A DNA stretch of 64,000 nucleotides from Thermoplasmatota archaeon (lineage in GTDB: Archaea > Thermoplasmatota > Penumbrarchaeia > Penumbrarchaeales > Penumbrarchaeaceae), in contig CBDDUX010000003.1 in NCBI GenBank assembly GCA_965234725.1, forward strand, positions 79,047-143,046, written 5' to 3'. A program made the position numbers and the translations under genes. Shown one piece after another: positions 10,318 through 20,066 of the stretch. Each line of letters starts with the position of its first letter. The stretch's first letter is position 1. The notes under the pieces were generated by a model. That model ran no database searches and was not told the DNA's origin. It saw nothing but the letters and a program-made list of their open reading frames with translations.

Positions 10318-12216
10318 TTAACCAACGAATTTCGGCCTTTTCGACAGCAAGATAGGCATACATAGGATATCGAAAGGAAGTCCTCTTTGTTTTGTTCTGA
10401 ATTCGTCCCTTAGCTCTTCTTTTGTCATCTGGACCTGAGGCTTACCCGGTTCTCTCTTTCTTATTGTCAGGATGCCGGATTCCTTCTCCTTATCACCAAT
10501 GACTGCAATATACGGGATCCATTCTTTTTCGGCATCCCTCATCTTTCTTCCCACTGTCCTGTCCGTATCTTCAATATCTACCCTTACTCCAGAGAAATCC
10601 TCCACAAGGTCCAAGCAGGATTGAAGGTGTTCTTCGCTGACAGGGATCAATCTCAACTGTGTAGGAGAGAGCCAATAGGGAAGTTTCGTGGGTTCCCCCT
10701 TCAAAGAATCCAGATGCGCCTTTTCAAGAAGAGCATATATCTTTCTTTCAATGGCTCCGGAAGGAGAGAGATGGAGTATGTACGGATACTGATCCTTACC
10801 TTCCTGGTCAGTGTATGTTATTCCGTACCTTTCACCATTTTCCACATCTATCTGATCAGTGGTAAGGGCCGAGCCTTTCCCCATTGCATCGATGAAATTG
10901 AACTCATACTTTAAGAGGAAGTAGAAGAACCTCTCCTTCCACATCTCAACAACCACAGGGGTACCATAAGCCTTGACCATTTCCTTAACGAAATCCATGT
11001 TCTCCTCGTAGAAGTCCTTGGTGACCCTGATGGCCATCTGAAGCCCCTCCGGCACCTTGAATCCCGTTTCTGAGAGGATCGATCTGGCAAGATGGAATCT
11101 AACCATCATCTCCTCCTTGGCCTGTTCCATTCCAGCACAGAATGCATGACAATCGGGCATAGTAAAGGCTCTAAGTCTTCTAAGACCGGCAAGCTCACCC
11201 CTCTGTTCCACTCTGAAGCTGTACCTCGTAAGTTCGTAAAGTCTGACAGGCATCTGTTTGTATGACATGGTGGCGTCATGGGCCATGAGGAACTGTCCGA
11301 AGCAGGCAGCGAACCTCAGGAAGACCTTCTTGTCAGGTGTATCTATGGTATATTGTCTTGCGGGGAATCTATGCATGTACGACTTCAGGGAGGGATGCTC
11401 AAAATCATACATTATGGGGGATTCTATCTCCATACCGCCATATTCCTTCACCCTTTTGGTCACATATCTCTCAAGCAGGGATTTCATGAGCCTCCCCTTG
11501 GGGTAGAACCTGAGATTTCCAGGGTCCGAACCCGGTTCGTAATCTGCCAATTCGAGCGCCCTCATGTATTTGACATGAGGTGGCTCCTCGGAAACCGCCC
11601 TTGATTTGGCTATCTCGTAATGGAGGAACCTCTCCAGGTCCTGATGACCTTTGAAGTCAAATCCCTCGATCTTACCTTCTTGGTCCCTTACCGGATGAAG
11701 TAATCCTTCGGTATCCAGGACGAACCATTCCGACCTGGCAGTTTCTTCACTTTTTAGTGCTTTGGAGACCTCTTCTTTCTTCTTTCTACCTTCAAGCCAC
11801 GGTCTAATTTCCCTTGAAAGTTCTGATAATGGGTGGCCTTTACATGATATCTCAAAAGCCTTGTACCATCCAAATGGTGATCGGGTAACCTCGATCTCCT
11901 GACCGGAAAGCCGTTCTTCAAGCATTTTAAGGATCGAAATAGCATCAGTTGCTTTTGCCAGGTCTGATGATAGATGAGCGTAGGGATAGATCATTACCCT
12001 GCCTGTGTTGACCTTTGATAGCATATCTTCGATGGCTGATGCAGCTCCTTCGATCACATCGTCAAGGAATTCACCATCCTTAGATTCGACGGTGCAGAAG
12101 GCGACAAGGCATTCTTCCATTCGTTGAAAATCCTTCAAACCTTCTTCAGCAAGACCCTTTATTGCCTTTGTCACCTTGTATTCCATGTGGTCCGAATGGA
12201 TAAGAAGCAGTTTCAT
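10318..12216 (-). CDS. thrS: Threonine--tRNA ligase, archaeal type with N-terminal editing domain
   Basis: MKLLLIHSD, YPYAHLSS, PFGWYKAF..CKGHPLSELSR, RFAACFG, FTMPDCH, HLSPSGAIER. Confidence 0.97.
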   Translation of the reverse strand: MKLLLIHSDHMEYKVTKAIKGLAEEGLKDFQRMEECLVAFCTVESKDGEFLDDVIEGAASAIEDMLSKVNTGRVMIYPYAHLSSDLAKATDAISILKMLEERLSGQEIEVTRSPFGWYKAFEISCKGHPLSELSREIRPWLEGRKKKEEVSKALKSEETARSEWFVLDTEGLLHPVRDQEGKIEGFDFKGHQDLERFLHYEIAKSRAVSEEPPHVKYMRALELADYEPGSDPGNLRFYPKGRLMKSLLERYVTKRVKEYGGMEIESPIMYDFEHPSLKSYMHRFPARQYTIDTPDKKVFLRFAACFGQFLMAHDATMSYKQMPVRLYELTRYSFRVEQRGELAGLRRLRAFTMPDCHAFCAGMEQAKEEMMVRFHLARSILSETGFKVPEGLQMAIRVTKDFYEENMDFVKEMVKAYGTPVVVEMWKERFFYFLLKYEFNFIDAMGKGSALTTDQIDVENGERYGITYTDQEGKDQYPYILHLSPSGAIERKIYALLEKAHLDSLKGEPTKLPYWLSPTQLRLIPVSEEHLQSCLDLVEDFSGVRVDIEDTDRTVGRKMRDAEKEWIPYIAVIGDKEKESGILTIRKREPGKPQVQMTKEELRDEFRTKQRGLPFDILCMPILLSKRPKFVG

Positions 12217-12272
12217 GAAACTCCCCATAGCCCGTCAAGGTGAGGGATTACTTAACGATATCGAATCCACAT

Positions 12273-14579
12273 TTAGAGTTTTAGAGGAAGGAACTCTTCG
12301 CAATAGCGTCTACTGATCTCTACCAGATACTCAGCTGGTACGATGTCCCCTGAGGAGAAACTTTTCTGGGCTTTTGTATACATTGTTAAAGGTTCGGTGA
12401 TATCCATTCCCTGTTCTTTTCTCTTATAGATCTCGAACTTACATTCTGTAAGTTCAGTTTCCACCAACCCCTTTCTATCTTCTGGAAGGATAAGTCCTGA
12501 AAATTTATCAGTAAGGTTCCTGTAACTATCCATAGCTTTTCTGTATCTTCCCAGTTCTTCCATTTTCCGCAACAGGGGAATATATTTGTTCCTGATGTGG
12601 AATATTATTGGTTGATCACGGTGCCTGTCCATGACCGCCTCGAGAGAATCCCTGTGTATGGATGTGAACGTTTTCATGAAATCCTGATTCTCCCTGACCA
12701 TCTTCCTCATGTCATGAACGATCTTATCCAACTGTTTGAGGCCTTCTGACCTGGCTTCTTCCTTGAGAAGGTTCTTCGCTTTCCTCACCCTCCGTTCGAT
12801 ATCCATTGTTCCAAGGTTCAGGTTCTTCATTCTCAGAAGAAGGATCCTTATCTCGATCATTCCATTGACGATCCTCCTTGACCTTTCGACACTGAGGGTC
12901 TTGGCCTTTGAACGGAGTTCTTTTAAAAGAACCGCTCCATCCTCTTTCACTTTTTCATGATCGCCTGATCCATAAGCTGTCTTTATTGATTCGAATGTGG
13001 ATTGGAAGACCTCATGGTCCTCCAGTTCATTTGCATGGACCATCAGTCCTTCGATCTCCTCGATCAGGGATTTGACCTCGATCTCATTCTTGACATGTTC
13101 AAGGGAGCTGAGCTCCTTTTCAAGATCTTCTCCGATCACAAGTACATCTTCGAACCTTCCATTCTTGATATATCCTTTCAGGAAAGTTAGTTTCTTTTTT
13201 GCATCGGTAAGATCATGTTCACTCCCCTCGAGTCTTTTGACCCTGTTGGACAATCTGATCTCGATCTCCTTTGCTTCGGAATAGGATTCTACTCTTCTCT
13301 TGACATCATCCAATGAACTTGTTATCTGTTCAAGCACCTTTCCAGCACTGGTATTATCTCTCCTTTTTATCAACTGTTCAGCCGATTCAAGGATGGAGAT
13401 GAGCTCATTGATGTCATCTTGGAGAATATTCTTCTCCATTAGTCTCTCGAGTTCATGTTTGATATCTTTTGCCCTTTCCTTGATCATGATACTATCCGGT
13501 TCCGTTAGATCGATAATAACGTTCATTACTTTCTTTGAAAGCAGGTTTGCTTTCTCGTACTCATTGGTGAGAAATGCCTTCATAGCATTGTCAATGTCCT
13601 TCTTCAGATCATCAATTATTGAGGGGGTGTCGATCTTATCACTCTTTTCAAGGTCTTCAACCATCTCCTTGGCCTTGTAGAGAGTATTCTGTATGCGGTT
13701 CTCTAGGTCATCCTGTGCCTGGATCTTGATAGTTTTCAAACCTTCCAAGGCTACCTGATGAGCTTTGTGGAACCTTTTTTCCTTGAAAAGCTCCATAGCT
13801 TCAAGACATCTATCTTTTACAGTATTGAACTCCTCTTGAGACAGATCCGCACTTTCTATGAGGGAGTTCAATTTCTCCAGTGAGTTCTTAGCCTTCTTCT
13901 GTAAAAGATCGATCCCTCCTGCCAGGTCGGGATCAAGTACCTTTGTCTCAGTATCCTCAAAGGATATCTCAGGTATCTCCTTTTCGATCGGAGCTGAGAT
14001 GCCGAGTCTTGACATGATGGGAGAGAACTCCTTCTTCATAAGATCAGAAAGGGATCCCATTGACATTGCCATTTTGAAAAGGTCCATTGCGGCCTCCTCT
14101 TCACCCTTGTTGAGTTTGATCTCGATCAATTTCTTCAAGTTGATAAGTATGTTTTCCGCTTCACCGGCATAATGTCCCATCAGGTCCGCCTCAATATCGG
14201 GGTGGATGCCTCCTTCACTTACCTCATTGTAGGGAGATTCAGTCTGAAGGTAGATATGGTCCTCAATAGAATCAAATCCTCCCCTCATGTCGTCATCTTC
14301 CAGATCTCCTCCATCCTCTACATCATCGTGGAAAAGTAGCTTTTCCATTTTTGATCTCTCGATCTTTTCGATCCTATCAATGGAGTCCATGACCCCATCA
14401 ACCCTTTCAGAGAAATCTGAGAAATGAGATTCAACTTCCTCCTCTAGTACACCGGTGCTTTCTATCTTCTTCATCAATGCATCAAGGAGGTCCTGCTCCT
14501 CATCATCCGTATCTTGGATGACCTCCATATCTTCCAAAGCATCTCCGGAAGGACCTTTTTCCTTCTTTTCCCCTGACAA
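12273..14579 (-). CDS. Hypothetical acidic, alpha-helical/coiled-coil protein
   Basis: 768-aa ORF, E/K-rich helical repeats, no catalytic motif recognised. Confidence 0.75.
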   Translation of the reverse strand: MSGEKKEKGPSGDALEDMEVIQDTDDEEQDLLDALMKKIESTGVLEEEVESHFSDFSERVDGVMDSIDRIEKIERSKMEKLLFHDDVEDGGDLEDDDMRGGFDSIEDHIYLQTESPYNEVSEGGIHPDIEADLMGHYAGEAENILINLKKLIEIKLNKGEEEAAMDLFKMAMSMGSLSDLMKKEFSPIMSRLGISAPIEKEIPEISFEDTETKVLDPDLAGGIDLLQKKAKNSLEKLNSLIESADLSQEEFNTVKDRCLEAMELFKEKRFHKAHQVALEGLKTIKIQAQDDLENRIQNTLYKAKEMVEDLEKSDKIDTPSIIDDLKKDIDNAMKAFLTNEYEKANLLSKKVMNVIIDLTEPDSIMIKERAKDIKHELERLMEKNILQDDINELISILESAEQLIKRRDNTSAGKVLEQITSSLDDVKRRVESYSEAKEIEIRLSNRVKRLEGSEHDLTDAKKKLTFLKGYIKNGRFEDVLVIGEDLEKELSSLEHVKNEIEVKSLIEEIEGLMVHANELEDHEVFQSTFESIKTAYGSGDHEKVKEDGAVLLKELRSKAKTLSVERSRRIVNGMIEIRILLLRMKNLNLGTMDIERRVRKAKNLLKEEARSEGLKQLDKIVHDMRKMVRENQDFMKTFTSIHRDSLEAVMDRHRDQPIIFHIRNKYIPLLRKMEELGRYRKAMDSYRNLTDKFSGLILPEDRKGLVETELTECKFEIYKRKEQGMDITEPLTMYTKAQKSFSSGDIVPAEYLVEISRRYCEEFLPLKL

Positions 14580-14698
14580 TTCATACCACCTACCGGGACG
14601 ATCTCATTTCCGCACTTCCATTTGGTACTGTAACAATATAATCTTTTCCTTGATAATAGTTGAATTGATATATGATTTAACATGGGATTATCATGGTC

Positions 14699-15322
14699 CT
14701 ATTCGGGGTAGAGGTAGAGAGGAACATCAGACGACCTCATCGAACACATCTTCCTTTCCAATCTTCCTATCTCATTTCCGTCCTTGAAGACTGTAATAGT
14801 TCCACTGCTGGAGAGGACGACCGCGACAGTTCTTGTTCTTTTGGTGATGAACCTTGCCGCTCTCCATCTTGTTCCTGAGCCTTTTCCCTTTCTCCTTTCG
14901 AAATCAAACTCGATTTCACCACATTCAGGTCCTCTGACGTTGATCATCCTTCCCGCATAGTGGACGAAACCTCGCGAATCGAAGACCATTGCTCCATCCA
15001 TCTGGGTAAAGGATTCAATTGTGGGGATCTGATCATGGTCTCCAATATTGATATCTTTCCACCCTTTAAATGGATTGATTATCATCTGGGTGGAATTCCT
15101 TCTGATACCCTCGATATCCCCCACAAGATAAAGGGCTCCGACGGACCTTCCTTCATACCCTTTTAGAGAAAGGCCCATAAGGATCTCCATCGCATTCCTC
15201 ACAGTGGTACCTTTTGTCCCCTTCAGACATAGACCCTCCATTATTGCAGATAGATCACCCTGAAGGCAGAGAAGATGTACATCATTGCCATCTTCCGAGT
15301 TCTCTCCTTTGAATGAAGACAT
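14699..15322 (-). CDS. Stand-alone diadenylate cyclase (DAC/DisA_N, DacZ-like catalytic domain), motif variant
   Basis: EGRSVGALYLVGD, INPFKG, DGAMV, GSGTRWRAA (RHR motif with H>W), AVVLSSSG. Confidence 0.8.
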   Translation of the reverse strand: MSSFKGENSEDGNDVHLLCLQGDLSAIMEGLCLKGTKGTTVRNAMEILMGLSLKGYEGRSVGALYLVGDIEGIRRNSTQMIINPFKGWKDINIGDHDQIPTIESFTQMDGAMVFDSRGFVHYAGRMINVRGPECGEIEFDFERRKGKGSGTRWRAARFITKRTRTVAVVLSSSGTITVFKDGNEIGRLERKMCSMRSSDVPLYLYPE

Positions 15323-15388
15323 TGGATCCCACCGAAATTCTAATGGGAAGGACCGGGGTCCGATCTCTTCACCGAACCCCGTATCACA

Positions 15389-15823
15389 TCAGACCTTGTT
15401 CTCTGTATCCCCTTCAAGGTCATCATTCTCATCCAGATCATCCAATATGGACTTTCCGGAAACGCGGGTGGTAAGCGGTACCGTGGAGGGAAACTCCCTC
15501 ATGCCATCCAATCTGTTTGCAAAGGAAAGGGTCCGTTCCAGATCGTTCGACAGGTATGAATCGAAAGCTTTGTGGAACATCTGTTGAGGCTCGGTTATGG
15601 CCCCTATCCTTATCAATTGGGTCAGGACATGTGTTTCCATGAGGTTAAGATCTATCCTCAAGGAACTGGGTGTTTTCTCGCTCTCCACTTCCCTGATATA
15701 CTGGATCAGTGCTTTTCTGACGTAATGGCTGACCGAGACATCCGTATCATCGGAAAGGACCTGGATACGATGAAGGAGCTCCGGTTCGATCTTCACTGTC
15801 ATCTTGCTGGTAAGTCGAGGCAT
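15389..15823 (-). CDS. Ribbon-helix-helix (CopG-like) DNA-binding protein
   Basis: N-terminal KMTVKIEPELLHRIQVLSDDTDVSVSHYVRKALIQY; a possible second RHH-like segment follows. Confidence 0.75.
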   Translation of the reverse strand: MPRLTSKMTVKIEPELLHRIQVLSDDTDVSVSHYVRKALIQYIREVESEKTPSSLRIDLNLMETHVLTQLIRIGAITEPQQMFHKAFDSYLSNDLERTLSFANRLDGMREFPSTVPLTTRVSGKSILDDLDENDDLEGDTENKV

Positions 15824-15908
15824 TGGCCCACCTTCCTGGTGCCTGTCAATGGGATAGGACCTATCCTACCTCCCGCATGACATCCCTAAATCCCCCTTTG
15901 TCCAAAAT

Positions 15909-15959
15909 GGTAAGACGAAGGTAAGACCAATAATGACGTATATATAAATATAACTTTCG
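15909..15959 (-). promoter_or_regulatory. BRE-TATA promoter with two GTCTTACC direct repeats over the predicted start site
   Basis: Minus strand CGAAAGTTATATTTATATA; GGTAAGAC at 15909-15916 and 15920-15927. Confidence 0.55.
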
Positions 15960-16083
15960 GATACCTCTCCCCTTTCAGATAAAAAGTCATACAAAGGTCA
16001 TACTTATTATTAAATTAGAAATTAGCCTGTTATGATCTATGAAAAAATAATTTGGATGGAAATGACCCAAAGGATCCTTTCCA

Positions 16084-16629
16084 TCATCTCTTGATGAAAA
16101 GGTGGTACTTCTGAGAATTGTCCTCCATCTCCTGAATGATCCTCTGAGAGAGATGCTTTTCAGGATGATGCAGGTGTGTTCTCGAGTCAAGGTCCTGGAA
16201 ATCCTTGAAAGGTCCTTTCTTCCTTTCTTCAATGATATGCCACATGGTCTTCTTCCCCAAACCAGGGACCAGTTCCAGCATATGTAGCCTGGTGGATATG
16301 GCCTGTGCCTCATTGAAGAATCGGACGAACTTCTCCTCATCTTTGATTATTATCTCCTCGAGAATATAGGGAAGTTCGGATTGTGCAGCAGCTGTCAGAT
16401 CTGTGTAGTTAACACGTCTTTTAACGTGCTGGACCTTGTCCCGTAGTTCCAGTTCCTTCCCAATATATACCTTCTCTCCGATCATTAGACCGGCATTGGG
16501 TTTGGGTGAAAGCTCTAATAATTTGAACTCGGTCTCACCCAGACCGAATGCAAGAGGTTCTCTTTTGAACGTCTTCCTTTCGGGATGACCCTGCGGCAGA
16601 TAATCCAAGATATAGGCATAATCCTCCAT
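16084..16629 (-). CDS. DUF655 family putative nucleic-acid-binding protein
   Basis: EDYAYILDYLP.G, F.LLEL, TRLHMLEL.PGLGKK; conserved position downstream of rpo4. Confidence 0.93.
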   Translation of the reverse strand: MEDYAYILDYLPQGHPERKTFKREPLAFGLGETEFKLLELSPKPNAGLMIGEKVYIGKELELRDKVQHVKRRVNYTDLTAAAQSELPYILEEIIIKDEEKFVRFFNEAQAISTRLHMLELVPGLGKKTMWHIIEERKKGPFKDFQDLDSRTHLHHPEKHLSQRIIQEMEDNSQKYHLFIKR

Positions 16630-16649
16630 AAGCCATCCCTCCTATTCGA

Positions 16650-17093
16650 TCATATCCTGTACTTGTCAACGGTAGCTATGATCTTCTTCAGTTCTTCCGG
16701 TTCCAGGGTGAACCTGTCCTTGGCAAAAACAGGCCTAAGTTCGGTTTCGTCCCTGGGCATTATCTCTGCGATCTTGAATGCGTGGATATCAGATACCCTT
16801 TCAATATCGGTCAGTTCCTTCATCATCTCATTCGCTTTTTCCTTGTCAATATGTTTTGTTCCTGAAACATGGTCCATAGTGGCCCTCTTCTCGAAACTGA
16901 GCTTGGATAGGGGGTCCAATTCTCCTTCATCCTCAGCTACATCTACGGATTCATCGACAAGGAATGTCCTCCTGTCGTTGGAATCCTCTTCGGGGCCATG
17001 GTAGATCTTATCAGGTTTCTCCATGGAATCCTTCAGGATCTCCTCCACTTCTGCATGTGTCAGGAGTCTCTCATTCTCTTCCTCAGACGACAT
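16650..17093 (-). CDS. rpo4: DNA-directed RNA polymerase subunit Rpo4 (RpoF)
   Basis: LT.AEV.EIL, LSFEKR...DH, KIAEIMP...ELR.VFAK; synteny with rpl21e and DUF655; start placed at ATG 17093. Confidence 0.88.
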   Translation of the reverse strand: MSSEEENERLLTHAEVEEILKDSMEKPDKIYHGPEEDSNDRRTFLVDESVDVAEDEGELDPLSKLSFEKRATMDHVSGTKHIDKEKANEMMKELTDIERVSDIHAFKIAEIMPRDETELRPVFAKDRFTLEPEELKKIIATVDKYRI

Positions 17094-17234
17094 TTTTATC
17101 CACCATTTATCGTTGTTTTGAAGCATTTTTCCGGTTTGGAACAGGATCGGCTGTTGTATGCATATAGTTTATATTAAATACTTTTCTAAAACCCTGCGCC
17201 AGACTCTTGGACCTGTCTGCCCAATGAAAAGGGA

Positions 17235-17528
17235 TCATTTGATAGGCTTGAGGTGTTCGGGTCGAATTATTAGGTCCTTATGTGTCCTTTCAAGTTTGAC
17301 CCTCACGATGTATGCTTCCCCTCTTTTATCGATTATCGTACCTACTTTCCCCTGGTATCTCCTGTGGGGGAGACCTTTCTGGCTGGAGGATTCGATCACA
17401 ATATTGGCACTTTCACCTATCTGGAACTCCCTAAGGAACCTTGTAATAGGGGGCATACCCCTGTTCCTGGGTTTTTTCCTAAATATCTGGCGGGTGCTTA
17501 CCATTATTCCCTTCGACCTCTTTACCAT
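17235..17528 (-). CDS. rpl21e: 50S ribosomal protein L21e
   Basis: MVKRSKG..TR..FRKKPR.RG, KGLPHRRYQGKVG, K.LIIRPEHLK; start ATG 17528. Confidence 0.96.
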   Translation of the reverse strand: MVKRSKGIMVSTRQIFRKKPRNRGMPPITRFLREFQIGESANIVIESSSQKGLPHRRYQGKVGTIIDKRGEAYIVRVKLERTHKDLIIRPEHLKPIK

Positions 17529-17547
17529 GGGATTCAACCTCTTTCGG

Positions 17548-18969
17548 TTATGTCCTCTGATCCATATATTGAACACCTGTGACATCAAGGGATTCCACCA
17601 TGACCTCCACCCCCAGCAAGGAAGAAAGGGACGGTTCTGTCCTTCCTCCGTCACCATGAAGGAGCTCCTTTATGTAAAGACCTCCTTCGGTAGTGAGTTC
17701 GACCAAGGCTTTTCCGTCAGGAAGGACCTTGGCGGAGATCTGATACACAGTTCTTCGTCGAACCTTATCGGCTCTCCTATGGGCTACCCTTGTTGGCGTC
17801 CTCTGACCTATGGGACTTTGGGCAAGTAAAGAAATGCTGTATTTAAGGGTTTCTTCCGAGAACCCTCCATTTGTACTAATCAAAGCTCTGTAGCTCTTAT
17901 TAGTTGTTCCTTCCTTTATTATGGGAACTTCCTTCCTTGTTGTTATCCGAAGGTCCGAGATCTCTACCTTATCACCATTATCGATCTTTATCCGTTCTTG
18001 GAAATCAACGAGATCGATCATCCTATTATGTGGTTTCGAGATCTCGATAATGAACGGTCTACCAGTGCCAAGGGAAAGAACATCAATATCCTCTCTCCCC
18101 ATTCCGTGTAACTTGAAATCATCCCCATTGAGGACTTTACATGGATAACTACCGATCAGTTCTTCTACGGATGTTTCATACATCCTTCCGGTCCCTTTAC
18201 ATTGGGGACAACCTTTTCCTTTGCAGGTTCTGCAAGGCCACCTGGTCTGAGGTATTCCCCTTACAAGCTTCCTGTATCTCCCGTAAATGAATACCGGTTT
18301 GACCTGTGTTTTGACCGTTTCATATAGCGGGTCGACGATGAACGCAATGTCAGGGTCCGACCTTTCATGTACCTTTTCCGGTTTTATTTCCCAGAACCTC
18401 TTTCCAATCGATCGATTAAGTTCCTCCTTCAATGGCTCAGGTGTAGGGGGATCACTCTCCTGCCAGAGCATTTGCTCTCTCTCAACGGTCTGCGGGTCAA
18501 CCTGGCATCCCACTAGGAAAGTTCCAAACTCCCAATTATTAGATTCATCAACGACCTTCTGAACCAGTTCTTCCACTTTTTCGAAGATATCTTCACAAAC
18601 CCAGCATTTGACCTGATCCTGATCCAGGTCTTCCCTAGGTCTCCTGAAGGAGGGTGTCTGAGGATCGTTCCATTCCGAGCTTTCCTCAATTGCCTCTTTG
18701 ACCTCTATCTCCTCTTTAACACCACCATGTACAGGAAGTGATGTGGAAAGGTGATCCGGCAAACCCTCTATTTTCGGGTTCGAGGTCTCCAATTCAAGTG
18801 CAAGAACATATCTTACAGACATTCCTCTCTCTTTATTTGTAAGACCAAAACCCGACCTTGCAAACAACCTTCCAAGACACCTGTCACAGAGTTTCCTTCG
18901 AAGGGCCTTTATTGCCGTGTCCAGAACTCTACTGCCGGAATAGAGTTCAGCTTCTTCGTCAGAATTCAC
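17548..18969 (-). CDS. pus10: tRNA pseudouridine(54/55) synthase Pus10
   Basis: LCDRCLGR, GRYRKL.RGIPQTRW, HG.GREDID, QRTP.RV.HRRADK.R, GGLYIKEL..GD.GRT. Confidence 0.95.
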   Translation of the reverse strand: MNSDEEAELYSGSRVLDTAIKALRRKLCDRCLGRLFARSGFGLTNKERGMSVRYVLALELETSNPKIEGLPDHLSTSLPVHGGVKEEIEVKEAIEESSEWNDPQTPSFRRPREDLDQDQVKCWVCEDIFEKVEELVQKVVDESNNWEFGTFLVGCQVDPQTVEREQMLWQESDPPTPEPLKEELNRSIGKRFWEIKPEKVHERSDPDIAFIVDPLYETVKTQVKPVFIYGRYRKLVRGIPQTRWPCRTCKGKGCPQCKGTGRMYETSVEELIGSYPCKVLNGDDFKLHGMGREDIDVLSLGTGRPFIIEISKPHNRMIDLVDFQERIKIDNGDKVEISDLRITTRKEVPIIKEGTTNKSYRALISTNGGFSEETLKYSISLLAQSPIGQRTPTRVAHRRADKVRRRTVYQISAKVLPDGKALVELTTEGGLYIKELLHGDGGRTEPSLSSLLGVEVMVESLDVTGVQYMDQRT

Positions 18970-19008
18970 ACCAAAAGAAGGGTTTGATATTTATTATGGT
19001 AGGTTGTC

Positions 19009-19989
19009 TCAATCGAAAATGTAGACAAGAAGGAATCCGATCTGCATTCCCATGAGGATAAGGTACATCTGCATCCATACAGGCGAGTTCTCGAAATGCT
19101 TGTCTTCCCTGTCGGCTTCTCTGAAAAAAAGGACTGTTACCACCAAGGCCCAAAACAACATTACAATACTAAGGAAAATTGTTGAGAAGGGGAGGAGACC
19201 AAAGAACCAGTAGATACCAAGGATAAAAAATGGAATAATAAGGAAGGGAATGGAAAGGAAGATCGCAGCCTTTTTACCATAGACAACAGGAAGGGTCCTG
19301 ATCCCAAATTTCTTATCACCCTTGATATCAGTGAAGTCCTTTGCCGTAGTGGAGCCGATAAGGAAGACGCCCATGATCGATCCGATGAGCCAAGGAATTG
19401 GATTCCACGGGTCAGCTGTAATACTCCAGGCAGCAACCATTCCAAGGACCCCTCGAGGGATCGCAATGGATAGGTTGGCAATCCATAGTCTTTTCTTGAA
19501 TCTGATGGGGGGGATCGAATAGAGGACAGTAATTATCGCAAGGAATGTAATGAAGAAGAAGAACCACCTGTTGACAAGGGCGGCCCTCCAGAGTGAGAGA
19601 CCATAAAGGAACAATGCCAACCAGAAGCCTTCCTTTGGAGATACTATTCGAGAAGGTATGGGTCTGTATGCTTTGTTGACCTTGTCAATATCCCTATCGT
19701 AGACCTGGTTAAGGATATTTGAAGCAGCGTTCACAAGTATCAGGGAGATTATCCCGGAGAGGAGTTTAAGGAATGGAAGTCCGTTCCAAACAAGGAACGG
19801 ATACCCGGTTGATATGGAGGGGGCGGATAGCTTATCTGTAGCTATCAGTCCAAGAAAGGACCCTGATAAACCTCCGAGAAGAGGTGCAAGAAGTGTAAAA
19901 GGTCTGACCAGATCGATAAAGGCCCTGAACCTTTTCGGTGCATAGACCGTCTTTTCAATTGGGTCCTTCATGAATAATTTGGGTGACAA
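19009..19989 (-). CDS. UbiA-family prenyltransferase (DGGGP synthase/chlorophyll synthase-like)
   Basis: LVRP, NQVYDRDIDKVNKAYRPIPS, KDFTDIKGDKKFGIRTLP; polytopic. Confidence 0.9.
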   Translation of the reverse strand: MSPKLFMKDPIEKTVYAPKRFRAFIDLVRPFTLLAPLLGGLSGSFLGLIATDKLSAPSISTGYPFLVWNGLPFLKLLSGIISLILVNAASNILNQVYDRDIDKVNKAYRPIPSRIVSPKEGFWLALFLYGLSLWRAALVNRWFFFFITFLAIITVLYSIPPIRFKKRLWIANLSIAIPRGVLGMVAAWSITADPWNPIPWLIGSIMGVFLIGSTTAKDFTDIKGDKKFGIRTLPVVYGKKAAIFLSIPFLIIPFFILGIYWFFGLLPFSTIFLSIVMLFWALVVTVLFFREADREDKHFENSPVWMQMYLILMGMQIGFLLVYIFD

Positions 19990-20066
19990 TTTATTTCACT
20001 CAATGGTTCTAGCCTTATCTTTAACTTAAAACTTTTCAGTGAACCCTGGAGCAATTATAAATCTGG

